Of a DNA stretch of 64,000 nt, positions 61,590 to 64,000 are shown piece after piece. Position 1 is the first letter of the stretch; each line of letters starts with the position of its first letter. The notes under the pieces were generated by a model that was not told where the DNA came from, made no database searches, and was given only the letters and a program-made list of their open reading frames with translations. The position numbers were made by a program, and so were the translations under genes. The stretch lies in the NCBI RefSeq assembly GCF_964355755.1, contig NC_092677.1:580101-644100 (forward strand). The letters are read 5' to 3'. The DNA is from Antedon mediterranea (taxonomy: Eukaryota; Animalia; Echinodermata).

Positions 61590-64000
61590 TCAGTTTATTA
61601 CTTCCAGTATACATGTGGATTCTTTCTATATATATTATAGCAAAAGTATGAATACATATAATATAAAACAGGCTATGTGTGTACACTTGCACACACCAAC
61701 ACAAATGCATAATATATGCATCTATATTTTATGAGTGAAGCATTTTAAGTTCTGTAATTCGATAAAATGTCTCTTTTTACATATTTTTTTAGTATTTTAT
61801 AATTTTTGTTAACAATATCTAAGTGATTTCTACAGAGCTCGTTCCATAGTTTCGGTCCGTGAATACTGATAAAATGTTGACCAGACGTTAACCTAGAGTA
61901 TGGTAGTTTTACGCTACAAATATTTCGAAGATTATGGGTAGTATTTTCGTTTCTTTTGAATATCATTTGGATTCGTCTGGGTAAAACATTGCTTTTAATC
62001 TGGGCCATGAAACCTAGGACGGTAACTCTGTTGATATCTTGTATGTTAAGTATATTTAATTGCTTAAACAGTGGCTCAGAATGTTGCCATGGCTTTTTAA
62101 ATAAAATTATTCTAGCAGCCTTTTTCTGGAGTTTAAGAAGGGATTCTAGTGTACTATCATATGTACTGCCCCAAATAATGTTTCCATACTGAAGGTGCGG
62201 TAGAATTAATGTATTATACAAATTTGTTAAAATATAATTAGGAAAAAAATGTCTAGTTTTTATCAATATTCCAATAGACCTAGCGGTTTTTTTGCTAATA
62301 AGCCTTATATGATTTTTCCAGCAAAGGTTCTCATTTATTACAACCCCAAGAAATGTTAAATTTTTTTGTTGTTCTAAAGTAATGTTATTCATTTTCAATT
62401 CAATGTTGGTTGTAATAATACGCCTTTGGGCAGTTTTAAAGATTACGTAATTTGTTTTGCTGGTGTTTAATAAAAGTTTATTAGCTTTGAACCACATATT
62501 AATTCTATCTAGTTCCACATTCATAGTGTTTGCCAATGCGTTCAGGTTTTTTCCACACTTGAATCCTGTTGTATCATCGGCAAAGCTAATTAATTCAATT
62601 TGTGTACTTGAGTTACATATATCGTTTACATATACAAGAAACAACAAAGGTCCCAAAACGGACCCTTGTGGAACACCAATACTAGTCTCCGTAATATTAG
62701 ACGAAGTACCATTTATAAAAACATATTGCTTTCGTGATTTTAAGTAGTTACTGAACCATTTTAGTGTAACACCTCTTATACCATAGTGGAATAGCTTGTT
62801 CAGTAATATACTGTGGTCAATAATATCAAATGTCTTTGACAGATCCATAAATGTGGCAATTACGAACTCTTTGTTTTCAAATGCCTTTAGTATTTTGTGG
62901 ATCAGATCAATTATAGCGTGGGAGGTTGAATGATTGTTTCGGAAGCCGTATTGCCAATCATTTAGTATATTGTAAGTTTTAAAGTAATTATACAATCTGG
63001 AATGGACTATCTTTTCAAAGATTTTAGAGAAAATTGGTAGTAGTGATATCGGGCGATAATTCGAGGCTAAATGACGGTCCCCTTTTTTGTATATGGGAAT
63101 TACTTTTGCAATTTTTATCTGTTCCGGTATTGAGCCGGAGTGAAGAGATACGTTAAATATATAAGTCAAGGGCTTTACAATAGCATCACCAACTGCCTTG
63201 ACTAACTTTGGTGAAATATCATCAAAACCAGGTGTTTTGTTTGCATCAAGTGATTGAATCACTTTTAACACTTCCTCCTCATTTACATGGTAGAAAAACA
63301 TAGAGTTACTTTGCCTGTTTAGCAGGTAATCAGAGTATTGTGCCGTTGATGGCTCAATACTGTCCCGTACCTTGAGACCAACATTAATAAAATAATCGTT
63401 AATGTGGTTTGCAATAGGCTCACAACCCTCTATGAGTTTGTCACCAGATGTAAAAGTGGATGGAACATTATTTTTGCCTCCACCTGGATTTATAATATCA
63501 TTTATAATATTCCATGTTTTTTTTTTTATTTCCTTTAGTATTGTTAAAAACATTTTCATAATATGATTTCTTTGCCTTTTTGCATGTACGCATAAATGAC
63601 TTATTAAACTCTTTATAAATATCCTTATTTTTAGACGAGGGATGTTTTATAAATTTGTTGTACAACACATGTTTTCTTTTGCTAGACTTTAAGAGTCTTG
63701 AGCTCATCCATGGTTGTTTGAACTTTTTATACTTTTTGTGATTTTCTTGAACTTTTTTTTTTTCAAGTTTTTATTATATAATTTTTTGAAAGTGTTGATA
63801 AAAGCATTGTAAGCATCATCAGCGTTTGTCCTTACATATACATCAGCCCAATCAACAGGTAATAAGTCATTATATAGTTTATTTATATTTCTTTCGTTTA
63901 TTGCATATTTATGAGGTTCTATATTACCGGTTTTTACTTTAATATGTTTGTCGGGCACGGAGTGGATAATTTGGTATACCGGTAAATGATCAGATATGTC
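61590..64000 (-). mobile_element. Third copy of LINE family A, missing the last ~250 bp of the 3' UTR; continues beyond the window
   Basis: Near-identical to 58764-61173; frameshift in the poly-A run near 63520. Confidence 0.92.

Overview
AT-rich, intron-containing animal DNA, most likely from an invertebrate (inferred from the SINE/LINE/DNA-transposon mix); nothing prokaryotic is evident. About 1-28 kb and 52.8-64 kb are dense, nested mobile DNA: a THAP-DDE (ISL2EU/Harbinger-type) relic, a Helentron-type HINE, piggyBac-, Merlin-, Academ-, Sola3-, P-, Tc1/pogo- and IS3EU-like elements, a Nin/Deu-SINE and several CR1/L2-group LINEs. The only host genes form a head-to-tail array of three 7-exon immunoglobulin-superfamily receptor genes (28.6-52.6 kb, + strand), which I reconstructed by hand from splice sites. 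The architecture is signal peptide, IgV, IgC2, Cys-less Ig, Cys stalk, TM and a tail with YxxL-x8-YxxV/L (ITAM-like). Copies 2 and 3 give intact 401-aa ORFs and have a perfect NF-kB site (GGGACTTTCC) plus RUNX/ETS/E-box motifs about 100-750 bp upstream. Their differences concentrate in the V exon and the adjoining intron. Copy 1 has a palindromic Academ-type insertion in its V exon and has lost its C2 exon at a LINE insertion. This array, a putative invertebrate immune/allorecognition receptor cluster, is the main candidate for an undescribed system. Family names come from recalled motifs and terminal signatures, not database searches.
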